A DNA stretch of 64,000 nt from Camelus ferus (Eukaryota): positions 80,912,001-80,976,000 of the forward strand of contig NC_045697.1 in assembly GCF_009834535.1 (NCBI RefSeq). Reading direction: 5' to 3'. Numbering within the stretch: position 1 is the first letter of the stretch; every line of letters begins with the position of its first letter. Made by a program: the position numbers and the translations under genes. Below are positions 25,946 through 38,699 of this stretch, piece after piece. The notes beneath the pieces are model-generated. The model worked only from the letters and a program-made list of their open reading frames with translations. It did no database searches and was not told the origin of the DNA.

Positions 25946-26199
25946 CTTCATTAGGCCCTGTGAGTTAAAACGTTAAAATTCTCTCTGCTATTTACAGTGA
26001 TTTACAGATCCTATAAATTAACACAGATCTTACTGCCACTTCATCCAAGCTTTGAAAACATTGTTTCAACTCAATAATAAAATGATAAAGGATTTTCAGA
26101 TATTTGTATTAATTAATGAAAAGCAAGGCTAACAGAAGTCTACTGTCTCTGTCATAATGATTATGGAGACTGTTTCATGTTATGTTACAGATACTAGTG

Positions 26200-26680
26200 A
26201 TCTCCTTTGCAAGAGTTAATATTTTGTTAACAGAATCCCAGTTTTTTTTTAAGACAGTGATGTGCCAGCTCTACTGGGTGAATTTTAACTGGTCTAAACA
26301 CATCATAGTAATACCTTTTCTCTTTGTCAGTGATTGGTCTCGTAACTCAGCTTGGCCAATGAGAAGTAAGAATAAATACGCTGAGAAATGTCTTCCAAGA
26401 AACATATTCCTCATAAATAAGGTACTCAAGGAGAAAGCCTTAGTGTCTGTCTACTCCTTGCCTTCTTACTTGGGATACTGGATGTGCAGCCCTGTCATCC
26501 GTGCTGCAACCATGAAAGCAGAAAGGTTGAAAAAGCCCAAATCCTGATGGCACCATTGAATCACTGCACCAAACCTGGTACCACCAACCTCTAGTCTACT
26601 TATTATATGAGATAAAGACCTTAGTGATTAGGCCACTATAGGTGGGGGGTGCAATATTTCTAGATAAAGTCCTAACTGAT
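26200..26680 (+). mobile_element. Old MaLR LTR (MLT1I/J/K-like)
   Basis: gtgattggtct...ggccaatgaga, tcctgatggcaccattgaatcactgcacc, ending tcctaactgat. Confidence 0.55.
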
Positions 26681-26967
26681 TTAAGGAATGAGCAGTAGCC
26701 CTTGGGTGATCATTAAAAAGGCATTTTGCTGATGTGTAAGTGCTATTGATTCTAGAGCTATCAGAAATGGAGCTATAGTCTTCCCTAAGAAAATATCTAG
26801 CATACATCCCCCGATTTTGATAAAATATATGTCTACCAATGTCAGTGAGTATTCTTAACATTATATCATGCTTTTTATATCACCTTTTATTTTTCATAGT
26901 TAATTTTTATTTCTTACATTGTCATGCATAAATGCTGTATCAGTATTGCTTTATGAATTCCTCTTTA

Positions 26968-27061
26968 CTTTTATTTTTTTAAACATTTTTTATTGATTTA
27001 TAATCACTTTACGATGTTGTGTCAAATTCCAGTGTAGAGCACAATTTTTCAATTATACATG

Positions 27062-27100
<39 letters not shown>

Positions 27101-27971
27101 ACATTTTTTTCTCTGTGAGCTACCATAAGATCTTGTATATATTTCCCTGTGCTGTACAGTATAATCTTGTTTATCTATTCTACATTTTGAAATCCTAGTC
27201 TATCCCTTCCCACCCCCCACCTCCTTGGCAACCACATGTTTGTATTCTATGTCTATGAGTCTGTTTCTGTTTTGTATTTATGTTTTGTTGTGTTTTAGAT
27301 TCCACATATGAGCGGTCTCATATGGTATTTTTCTTTCTCTTTCTGGCTTACTTCACTTAGAATGACATTCTCCAGGAGTATCCATGTTGCTGCAAATGGC
27401 GTTATGTTGTCAGTTTTTATGGCTGAATAGTATTCTATTGTATAATATACCACTTCTTCTTTATCCAGTCATGTGTTGATGGACATTTAGGCTGTTTCCA
27501 TGTCTTGGCTATTGTAAACAGTGCTGCTATGAACATTGGGGTGCACATGTCATTCTGAAGTAGGGTTCCTTCTGGATATATGCCCAGGAGCAGGATTCCT
27601 GGGTCATATGGTAAGTCTATTGCTAGTCTTTTGAGGAATCTCCATACTGTTTTCCACAGTGGCTGCACCAAACTGCATTCCCACCAGCAGTGAAAGAGGG
27701 TTCCCTTTTCTCCACAGCCTCTCCAGCATTTGTCATTTGTGGATTTTTGAATGATGGCCATTCTGACTGGTGTGAGGTGATACCTCATTGTAGTTTTGAT
27801 TTGCATTTCTCTGATAATTAGTGATATTGAGCATTTTTTCATGTGCCTATTGATCATTTGTATTTCTTCCTTGGAGAATTGCTTGTTTAGATCTTTTGCC
27901 CATTTTTGGATTGGGTTGTTTGTTTTTTCTTATTAAGTCATATGAGCTGCTTATATATTCTGGAGATCAGG
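26968..27971 (-). mobile_element. 5'-truncated young LINE-1 (~1 kb), same subfamily as 1-508
   Basis: ORF 27435-27857 encodes the L1 ORF2 C-terminal segment ([30 protein letters not shown]...HCWWEC...). 3'UTR and A-tail present. 11-bp TSD attcctcttta at 26957-26967 and 27972-27982. Frameshifted near the ORF2 end relative to the copy at 1-171. Confidence 0.95.
27065..27097. repeat. (AT)16 microsatellite within the L1 3'UTR
   Basis: Direct reading. Confidence 0.95.
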
Positions 27972-30362
27972 ATTCCTCTTTAGAAAATTTCAAGTATGTG
28001 TTTTCTCTAAGTATGTTAGGTTACAGTTTTCTTTCTGAATTCACTCAACAAATGTGTATAAATATATATGTTTCATTGTCTACCCTATCCTATCTGTGTG
28101 TAAGAGGAAGTTAGAAGATATGAGGTCAGATATAAGAATGAAAAGATATAGTTAATATGCACAAGGCACTCACATTCTAATAGGAATTTGAGATGTACAT
28201 AAATAAGTACAGACCCTGTCAAGTGAAAACCCTGTCCAAAGAACCACGGGTGCAGGAGGGAAGGAGAGATATTTTTCAGGGATGCTTCACAATGGACTAA
28301 ACATTTCAGTGATGGCTAGGATTTTTTAAAAAATGAAAACTGAGAAGAGTATATTCTATAACTCTCTGTATTTATAATGTAATATCTCCCACATAGCACA
28401 CATCCATATCTTGAAGTCTAAAGACTGTTTGGTTTTGCCTGGAGTGAAGATTTTACACTGGGATACAGTCAGTTTGGACTGTATTGCAAAAAGCATGCTG
28501 AACTTCTGCAATCTGTTTTCATTTGTTCTTCATTCTATTTCTGTTCAGTTGATCCAAGAAGGTGTTCTGTGAGGTTTTATCATATAGATTTGTTGAATTT
28601 TGGTCCAGCCCAGCAGGCCATGTAAATCTGTGTGTTTGGAGGAGTGGGGATTTTAGTGGTCTGCTTTCCTCTTTCTCAACTTCAGACTATTTTTTGAAAG
28701 TTATTTGTTCTTATTATCAGATCCTTCCTGTTTCCCAGAATTCTTCAGTGCCCCCGAGGAAATTGGATATATCTAAGACCGGAGTCACCTATTTAATCAG
28801 ATTGAACCTAGCTCTATGTGAAATTATGTGAGAAGCAGTGGTGTCAGGAACTGTCACCTGTATTTAGATATGATTCAGCTCTCTGGAGAGAAAATATTTT
28901 CATTCTGGTGCTAAGCAGCCACTCATTTATTAAATCCATTTAACACCATGATTTTTAGCATACCCTGAACCAGGTAGTGTTCTGGGTGCTGAAGACATAA
29001 TGAATATAAAAATCAAAATCCCTTTTCTCAGGGAGATCAAATTGTAATGGTAGCTTTGGTTAGCTTGCAAATAAATTAGTTATCACATTCTGCTCAAATG
29101 TCATTTTCTCAAGAAAGCCTTCTCAGCTATTTCTCAGGCTCTAGTCCTATATTACCTGCTGGTAAGCTCTGCTGGCTTTTTTTCCCTGCATAACAATAAT
29201 TTGCTCTTCCCTCTATTTCTCTCTCTCTCTCTCTTCTCCCCATCCCTCTTCCTGCCCCCCCATCCCCTCAATAAACTGTGAGCTGTTTGAGGGCAAAGAC
29301 CAGTATCAACATCTTTGAATTAAAAGAGAATATTGTCAATAGATGTTTATAAGTGAATTTAGTAGATATTTGGTATCCACTATGTGAAAACTTTAAGGCC
29401 TCCTCACCAAGGTCTTTCTCTCTCAGTGTGTCATGAAAATCCAGTGTGTATGGATTTCCAAGAATATGAACCAAACTTAAGATTCCATAAGTTGACAGTA
29501 GATATTTAATTAGCAATTAGCAGTGAAAAAAAATTAGCTTGAACTTCTGGGTTATAAAACACACAACTTTGGAAAAAGCATTAGAGGGAAATGTAGGGAA
29601 TGGCTCCAAATTTTTCAGAAGGCCAACTCACTTAGCTGGAAATTTCCAAAACTTCATGTTAGCACAGTTGAGTGATGATGCTATGTATTGGCTAGTTGTG
29701 GTCATGCAGCATCATACTTTTTAATTCTACTTCGGCATCAGAGCCTGTGGGAAGTACATACAGGGAAGTTGCTTCCTAAGATTTTTAATTAGATGCTATT
29801 TCTTTATTAAGTATATTTTAAAGCCTTCATCAAGTGATTCCATAAAATTAATATTTACAAAGAATTCATGCCTGCAGCACTGTGGTTTTTGTTTGTTTGC
29901 CTGTTTTAACATTAGAGTTCTTCATGTGTCTCTGGATCTTAGTACATATTTTATCTTGACTGAAGAGGGATAACTTTTTCTCTTGGTCTTGCCTTTCTTG
30001 TCTAACAGTTCTCTGGTGTCCCTGGTTGCCTTCACCTGGCACTCCTGAACCACCAATCTAGGACCAAGATTTATAACAGCATTTTAAGTCTTGCGCTCTG
30101 GGGAGATATTGAGGCTACCAAAGGTCCATTTTTTAGCTATTTTTTTCTTACTTCTTTTGATAGTCCCTCAAATAGAGTCAACTAGCAACTCAATCTGAGT
30201 CCTAGTTTTGGGTCCTCACACCCCCATAGCCACTGTTTTCTGTGGAGCCAGGTCTCCCACCTTTTTATTCAGACCCATTCACATCTGTGGGAGTCCTGCT
30301 CTCCCCCCACCCCCTTTATTACAAGCAGTGACTCTGGCCTCATCTTCTTCCTGTGGGCATAC

Positions 30363-31023
30363 TGAGTTAGTGATCTATTGCCCTATAATATAACACATTA
30401 CCACAGCTCAGCAGATTAAACCACACACAATTATTATCTCACAGCTATGGGTCAGGAATGTGAGCATGGGTTACCTGAGACAGGGGTTTCTCTAGGCTAC
30501 AAGCCAGATGTTGGCCAGGCTGCTGCCTTTTGTCTGGGGAAGAATCTTCTTTAAAGTTCATTCGGTTGTTTGCAGAATTCATGTCCCTGCAGCTGTCTGA
30601 CTGAACACCCCAACTGCTTGCTGGCTGTTGGTCGGAAGCTACTCTTAGGTTCTAGAATCTGCCCATAGTTCTTTGCCACGAGGACTCCCCAACATGGCAG
30701 ATTCTTTCATCAAGCCTGCAAGGAGAGTCTCTCTTCTCAGGAAGAGCCCGGCACCTCTTCTTACCTGATACACTTAAAGTCATATCCACAAAGAATACTC
30801 TCCCTTCGGATTAATTCAACATCACCAGATTTGGAGCCTTAACTGTGTATGAAAAATCCAGATTTGGAGCCTTAACTGTGTATGAAAAATCCCTTTCCCT
30901 TTGCCATGTTCTCGTGGCCAGAAGCAAGTCAAGGTCCCAGCCACACACAAAGGGAGGGAATTAGAGAGATCATGATGTCAGGAGGTGAGAATCATGGGGT
31001 TACCCTGGGGTCTGTCTGTTACA
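30363..31023 (-). mobile_element. MaLR solo LTR (MLT1D/E/F-like)
   Basis: Antisense MLT1 motifs attattatctcacag..gggtcaggaa, gcagaattcat, ccaacatggc, agaagcaagtca..ccacacacaaagggaggg, ending ...gttaca. Confidence 0.8.
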
Positions 31024-34000
31024 GGCACCTTTAGTCCCAAGACCACCACTGCTGTCCAGTCCCAGACACTGGCTCTTGGCCTCAGCTTGGCTCCCTGCTT
31101 TGCATTTCAGTTCTATTTCTAGTCCAGAATGATGTTTACCTTGTCTTACTTCCTCTATGTCTAATCGGTGTGTTTTTTCCTTTTATATTTAAGAGGCACA
31201 CATTTTTGTTTGAAACAAGAGGTTCTGCAAAAGCATCAACTTATGAAGTCATCTTACTCTATCAAAAATTTCTATCTGATCAGGGTTAGGGCAGGTTTCT
31301 GAAACCCTAGGTATGTTTTAATGGTTTAACCAAATGGTTTGAGGAAGATGGTCTGTCTGGTAGAGAGGATTATTTTTGGCTATGAAAGGATAGGAAATCG
31401 TTTAATATAATTGGGGGCATTTTAAAATTAGCCATCACATTTTAAAAACAATTTTAAAAGTAGTCTGTATCTGCTTTACAGTAAGAACCTCAACTTCTAA
31501 TTACACTCTGAAAGGAACCACACAATCCTGATATCCTCACATTATAAAATAATGCTGTCACTGACTAGGTTTTTTTTTTTTTTTCTCTACCTGGATTGCC
31601 CTGTTTATGAGATACCCCTTCAGATAGTTTATTCATTACCCCATAGTTCTTTATTACACAAAAGTAAGGGGGACAATGAATGAACAAGGCAAGAAAATAG
31701 ATACTCAAAACGGGACTCCAACCATAAAATAAAATACACATAGGTGACATAATAATAGGTCTGAACACCAGGGGCAAAGTCCTCAGTGTTTATTGTTTTT
31801 CATTGATACAGAAACATACTTTCTTTGCAGACCTTGGGAGGGTCAGGCTTAGGGCTGACACTTACGAACAAAACTATACTTAATAGTTTCATTTGGAAGT
31901 TAAAGACTGAGAAAGTGACTATTTAAGCATCATGATTTTAAGGTAACTGTATGAAATAAGAGTCACAAAATATTGCTTATACCAATCTGCCAGTGCAAGT
32001 CACGTACATCTTTTCTGAAAATAATACAATTAGTTCTTTCTGTAAAAAGGTGGAGGATATAATCCAAAAAAAAAAAAAAAAAAAAAGAACTGTGCATTCT
32101 GGGGTTCTTTTTTAATTTTCCCAATACATGCAAGTTGACTAGGCAGATAAATTAATATTTGCTTTGGGAAGCACCCAGACCATGGTACCAGGGGGATGTA
32201 ATATAGGTCAAAGTTTTGACATTTTAGAATTTTGTTCAGTGAATCTGAGAACTATTGTACAAGGGTGATTAATAAAAAGATATAGATGAAGATTGGTATG
32301 TATAAAGGTATAAAGTAGATATGGTGAACATGACCTAATTCACTTAGCGCTGGAATATTAGAACTAGCTGGTATTGCCTGGAGCTTGCAGGGTATTTAGG
32401 TCAAATAAATTATGGTGCTATAACTGTAATATAAAGCTCTTTATTCCCAAGAGGCATTACAGGCTGAACATAGAAAGGCTGTGATAAGTCAAACCTGCAA
32501 AATTGGTGGGAAAGGAAGCTACAGTGAACACAGCCTTAGCTTTGATGTCAGGTAGTACCACCTTACTTTCTTTCAAAGTCTTGGGTGGTATCACTGACAG
32601 AGACTCAATATAGGGCTATAAAAGAATCCAGTAGAGCAAACTTTCCAGATCTGAAAGGATTTGCTATCTCTACAAGTTTTCAACAACTAAGTCTGAACAG
32701 GGTTCATCATGAAGTTTTGGAAATTATTTTAAAAGATTTAACTTATTGGCTACTAGATTAGAGAGCAAAGCTTTATTAATGATCTTTTCTAATCATGTAA
32801 AGAAATACTGCTTTAGAAGGACATATAAGCTCATTAGTTTATACCACTCATTATGTCTACTATCATGTAACCAAAATTAAAAATACAAGCTTTTGGGGGG
32901 GGGCTCTTTATATCAGATATTCCTTTAGACAGTTTTTAAAAAAATATATCTTTGATGAGAATCTAGAAGTTCTGCATCACTTCCACAGCTCTAGAAACTC
33001 CAAAAATGCAATTCAACTATTTACACAATGATTGACTTAACTTGCTTTAAGTTATGGAATGTCCTTTGTGTGCAGAGCTGTGGGAAATTCAATAATCATT
33101 ACATAAAGACTGTGGGAGGCAACAGAGAAACCAAAGAAACAATAAACATGGACATATCCACACATAATAGAGCAATGCATTTTCTTTCCAAAAGTCTGAC
33201 AAAAATTTTATATGATGGTCAATTTGCACGACTTGATTAAGCGTGACACCAATTTTAAAAAGATGTTCATAAAAGTTAGAGTTTTGCTTAGTTTCTAATA
33301 ATCTTTTTTTAATCAAGAATTTATAAGTGCATTATCCAAAAAAATAGCTTGCAATTGCTTGAAACTTGACCCTTGAGAGAACAGAGCTTTTAAAGTGAAT
33401 GCTTACATTCATTTATGTCGGATTGCTATCTGTGTTTATGTTTTAGGTTTTTCTAATGAAATTAAATTTTAAAATATAGAAGATAGAAATCTCCTTAGGT
33501 CAGGTACAAAGGCTGAAAAAATAACTCCCTGTGTTTTTCACAATATTTCAGATTTCTAATTTGCAAAGAAGGTAATCACAAAATTTTTTGAAATCCACGT
33601 TTGGAAGTCTATCCGTTATCATTCTTTATGGACTGTGGACCTTTCACTTATTAAACACAGAAACATAAATAAAATGTGGATAACAGTGTATGTTAGTTTT
33701 TCCTCCATTTATCATTAAGTAATTCTATATACATAAAACATGATTTCCGTTTTCTTTTCTAAGGTCATAATTCTGAAATTCGGTTTCGAGAAAGGAAAGA
33801 ATGGTCTGACTTGGCATTTTTTATTTTCCAGTGTTTAAAAGTATAACGTTGACATGCAGTGGCTGCTTCTTAGCTTCTGGAGCTTAACACCCAACATGAC
33901 ATGATTTTTGCTTTTCTAAAAGTTGGAACATAATTCCGCTGATGTCGTATACATATTTATCGAACATATTGCCAATTATACTCAAACCGAAAGCGAACAA

Positions 34001-34039
34001 CACTGTTAGATTTTCCTAGTTTCCAGGCAGCTCACTCTC

Positions 34040-36000
34040 TATGGTCAGACTTTTAAAGGCGCTTGGCCTCTCGGGTCAGAGCCACCACAGCAAGGCTGCT
34101 CCAGCAGGCCTGGGTACGCAAAGTTGCTTCCTGCCGGGGACGCCAATTTGGCAAGGATCCGCTGCTGGCAACACAGATTAGTCAGGATAAAGTCGCCACA
34201 GACTCAAACAAGCAAAGCATAAATGGCCCTTTCAGCAAGAGCCTGCGAGAAGGGATGTTACTGAGCCCAGCCACCCAATTTCCTTCTTCAGGGATCCCCA
34301 AACTCGCGTTTTCTAACGCTTTCCGATCCACGAGGCAGGTGGCTGGCTGATCACCTAAGCGCCCCCTACACTCCTTTCCTTCGCGTATTTCCTCCACCTA
34401 GCCCAAGTTCAACTTTTTAATGGGTTTGGGAGAAGTGAGGCAAACTAAGAGCCTGCGAAGGTAGAGAGGGCGTGCCACAACCACACCACGCAAATTCGCG
34501 CGGCACTGGTGGGATGAAAAAGGCGGGCACGGGGACCAGACAGGAGGTGGCAGAGAGGGCACAGCGCAAGCCTAACAGGGGGCGGGGCCACGTGCCAGTC
34601 CCAGGGTTCCCAGCTCTGGCGCGACCGGAGGCTCGCGAGCGTCCCAGTCTGCCCGCCGACCGCCAATCCGCCTTCAAGCATCCCCGTCCCAGGACACTGC
34701 TCCTCGGTCAGCCCTCGAGCTCGTGGCACGAAGGCGCGTCCGCATCCATGCCCCAGCCGAGGGAGCAAGAGACGCTCGGAGCTCCAGGCGTGTGATGCGA
34801 GGCTGAGCGCGTGGCGGCCCGCGTCGTGCCCCGCTGAGCCAGACGCGGGAGGAGAGCGGCGCGCTCCTGCTCAGCAAGCCGCGCACGGGGCGGGGCGCGG
34901 CTGGGGAGCAGGGGGGGCCGGGCCGCCAGCGGGGAGCGGCGGAGGAGCAGGCGCGCTGCGGACCCGAGGGAGGGCACGGTTAAAGCTTTGCCATTAATTG
35001 TGAGCCCAGAGAGTCTGTCCTAAGCTAACACACTAACTCTGCATCCTCCCTCACGCCCCCAAACCACCGGAGGCGGCGACACCTGATCCAGCGCACGAAC
35101 ACGGGTCCCTTCTGTCCCCGGATACAATTACGCGGCGGAGACACACTCAAACTCACGCGCAGCAGCCAAGAGCCGAGGTAAGCGGAGGGACCACGCCGTT
35201 CCACCGCACGGTAGGGAGGCGGGCTGACAGGAGAGGGGCGTTGTTTGCTCCTGGAGGTGAGTGCTTGGCGAATGGCCGCGAGCCAGGGGTTGGGGGTAGG
35301 GATCAGAAAGTGCAGATGGGGTTGGGCTGAGGGAGTTAGGGAATGGGGTGGGGGGGAGAGTAGGGAGAAAGACTGGGGGGTGGGGCGGGGTGTAAAGGAG
35401 GTATTTCCAGGCTGCTTCGATCGCTCTCGCGCTCCTTTGCGTCCCGTATGGCACCCGTTTGAGGTTCCTTTCGCGTTCGTGCGTGCAGGTGGAGAGAGGG
35501 GATAACCTGGCGCGGATGTGGCCGAGGACTTTGCACTTGACCCTGGAGGGATGGGCACCGCGGAGCCCCAAGGCCAGAGCCTGCTGCGGGCCAGGGATGA
35601 GGGACCGGGAGGTGCGTCGGGAACTCTCCAACTCTCCTCTCTTCGTTCTCTCTCAGAGGGGGAGCTAGACCTGGGTGCGTTGTGGGTGGGGAGTGTCTTG
35701 GGGCTGCACGCACACGGACACAAGGACCATTCCGTGCCCCATGCCCGTGGGACCGCCAGGAATGGACAGTGGTGGCAGGGTCGTGGGCGTGGATGTGGGA
35801 ACCATATGGCTTGCCCTTGCTTTAGAGGAGCGTGTGCGGGACGCGAGGGTTAGAGAGGAGGTGAGAGAAGGACGCGCTGCAGGAAGTCGGGCGCCTTCCT
35901 CGGGCTGGAGGAGCGGCGAGGGGGCCTGGGATGCGTAGTTTGGGGTTGTGCCAGGAAAACCGTATCGGAGGGCGCAAATATATGCAGTGCGACCGGGCAA
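34040..36000. promoter_or_regulatory. UGT8: CpG island / UGT8 promoter
   Basis: The only GC- and CpG-dense block in the window (core ~34440-35990). GC boxes GGGGCGGGGC 34579-34588 and 34887-34896, E-box CACGTG 34589-34594, CCAAT 34663-34667. No canonical TATA box. Confidence 0.92.
34800..35177 (+). other. UGT8: UGT8 non-coding exon 1 (5'UTR); start approximate
   Basis: Strong donor GAG|GTAAGC at 35177/35178 inside the CpG island, with no ATG in 34800-35177. The coding exon has only 2 nt of UTR after its acceptor, so an upstream exon is expected. The TSS cannot be read from sequence. Confidence 0.75.
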
Positions 36001-36490
36001 AAGAACAGTCAGGGGTGGCAAGGGGAGTACCCAGTCTGCATAGGTAAATTCACCGGTTTAATTGAGGGTTTATGAAGTTGAGTGCGGGGAATGTGCCACG
36101 CTGCAGCACTTATTTAGGGAAAGGAGACCTCTGTACCTGTACCGCTGATTCTCATCACCTTAAAGCAAGGGGCGGGGAGAAAGTGGGAGAACTTCTAAGA
36201 CTTCGGCAACTAACTAGTTCAAACTAACTGGAAGGCTAGATTGTGTTAATTAGTCGTTCTCTAGAGGGAGAGGGCGTATCACAAGGAGGAGTGGGTGGCA
36301 TTCTCAACTAGACATGACCCCAAGAGTCACCTCCACAAAGAACCAGTATTAAAATAGAGAAAGGCTTGTGTTTCAGGTGGTTCCACTCAGAAACGGTTGG
36401 AAAACCACTACTCTAAAATCCTTCACTTCCCTCAGGCTGTCACCTTGTATAATAAGTTTTTCAAGATTAATGCCATGAAGGTGTGGCAGT

Positions 36491-36505
36491 TTGGCTAGAT
36501 GCCAA
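36491..36505. promoter_or_regulatory. Perfect NFI palindromic site
   Basis: TTGGCtagatGCCAA matches TTGGC(N5)GCCAA. Confidence 0.55.
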
Positions 36506-38699
36506 GTGTGCTGTTGTTTCTGTTTCTGATAATTTTATGTTAAAAAAAAATCTCCCCTCAGAATTGATGTAATTGGTGTGCTTTATTTCCACTCATCCCC
36601 AGGAAAAAAAAGCCACTTAAAGGAAGGATAGAAAGTGCCTTTTAATTGGTATTTTAATAGTATTAGGAGTAATCACACTTTATTCCCTGGAGATTTTTAA
36701 ATGAAGAGTCATGCACATCAGTATTATATAGTAGGGAGTCCAGAACGTTGTGTTAATTGAATTAAATCATAAATCAGCCTGTGTTTTTTCTGTCTCAGAG
36801 AGGAATGGCAAACAGTTTTCTCCAATAGAAACCATCTCCTGGCAGTTTGAGGTTTTGCTTTTGGAATGTCTCTGTTCAGCAACCATTCTAGGTAATTCCA
36901 GAGGGAACACTCAAGTTATTATTTAGTTCGCCTGCCACCCACAAGGTAAAGTTGTCATCTTGTGTTGTGTGATCTACAGCTATAGGAGTGTTTAAAAACT
37001 ACAGTGAAGCATAGTGCCCTGATATTTGTAATAGCTTGATAGTGTATTAGTAGCTTGGGCATAATTGAGTAAAAACTGTACTTGTGACTTTCTCTCAATA
37101 GTACTGCTGTAGAGATTAGATTTAAAAAATCTAAAATTTCTGGAGCTGTATACTTGTATTAATGCCTTTGCACATATTAGAATAAGTAAACCAATGGAAT
37201 AAATAAAAATATGTATAACAAAATTTAATTTTTGTAAAATCTTTTTTGTGTGTAGAGTTTGACAATTAACATTTAATTTACCTAAAATATTTCTTGATAC
37301 CTTATGATTAACCATCAGCTTAATTATATGTAAATACTGATGGTAAAGGAAGAAATTAAATATGCTCTCGATTCTCAGACAACTTTTCAAAGTAATTTAT
37401 GTGCTTACTTATCAAATAATATTGGGCTGATGCTGTTTAATTCACATTAGACTTCCAAAGTACAACGCGAGAATAAGAACTTTTGTTTTGCAATATTTAA
37501 TAATATTTATTTTGCCATCTGTCTATTTAAATGTTTAAAGCATAAACCCTGAACCAGTAGTTCCTAACCCAGGTTCAAACCCAGAATCTCCTAGGCTAAA
37601 AGAACAGAGGGTATTCCCCAGGCTATGTTTCATATTTCAAAAGGTGACTTAGAAATGTACATCTGTCCAAATAGGAAAAAAAATAATAATAATGTTTATT
37701 TGACACCATCAGGGTTGTTGCTTATTTACATAAGCACATTTTCTAAATAGCTGACCCCTCACACCATTAATTACTGAAACTTTAAAAATTTAACTAGTAA
37801 AACAAATAAGCAATTTCTAAATTTTATACACTTACTCCCCAGGATGTAAGTTAATTTTTTTGTTGGGTTATCGTTGTGAACATGAATTCATAAAGAATTG
37901 AATAGTGCTATTCCTTGAGGTGTATAGAGCTGTTTTTGTTTATAGTAAATGGTCTCAGCCTGCCCAGTTGAAATACTAGTATGGAAACAGAAGTACTATT
38001 CTTCTTTTTATGGTTTTTCTGGGTCCTCTTTCTGTTATCAGCTATCGCTTTCTGCTGCTGTCAGGCTGTGAGCGGGCCCTGCTGCTGTATTATCTGTTGT
38101 CTTTTTTTCCCCTGAAATGATGTGGGCTATTGCTCAAGTATAAAGCCTATGTACTTTGTGACAGATACTTGCTGTTCTCATCCTTTGTTTCTGGGCTGGA
38201 TAGTGGGCCGAATGGCTGAGGTTCTTAGAAGGGTGGCCTGTATATGAATGGTTTCAATGTGTTTGTTTTTTTTTTTTTTAATAGAAATTTCATATACGAG
38301 ATCTTCAGAAGAGTATCTTAATTTCAGACATTTAGTCTTCTGGAAAGTCCTTGCTTTTCCGAAAAATTGAAGAAGCCCTTAAAAAAATTTACTTTTCTTG
38401 TGGTAGCCCCAGAATGTCTTTGTTTAGAAATATGTATACAATAATACTTTACATCCTACTTTCTGCCATTGAAATTGACTAGCTATATGAAATTTTGGCA
38501 TTATTTCCCTACTCTGGAAGCCAGGAATAAGAAGTGTGATTTGATCGTGCTGATTCTCAAACTTGAAGCTACGTGAATCATTTCAATATTATTTTGCGTA
38601 TGTGTGTATGCAGGAGCTACATAATCAAATTAGCATGAATAAGGTTGTTTAATTTAGTCTTGAAAACAGTGGTAATCGTATCTTCCTAATCTAAAGCAT

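Noticed and set aside
27435..27857. 140-aa ORF as a host gene
   Set aside because: L1 ORF2 fragment in a 5'-truncated, frameshifted copy.
34355..34373. CTCF-like AGGGGGCGC on the minus strand, and a similar motif at ~1726-1740
   Set aside because: The 5' half of the consensus is poorly matched.
34063..36021. Many overlapping 70-232 aa ORFs on both strands
   Set aside because: Expected from stop-codon scarcity in a CpG island. They are low-complexity Pro/Arg/Ser/Gly with no recognisable domain.
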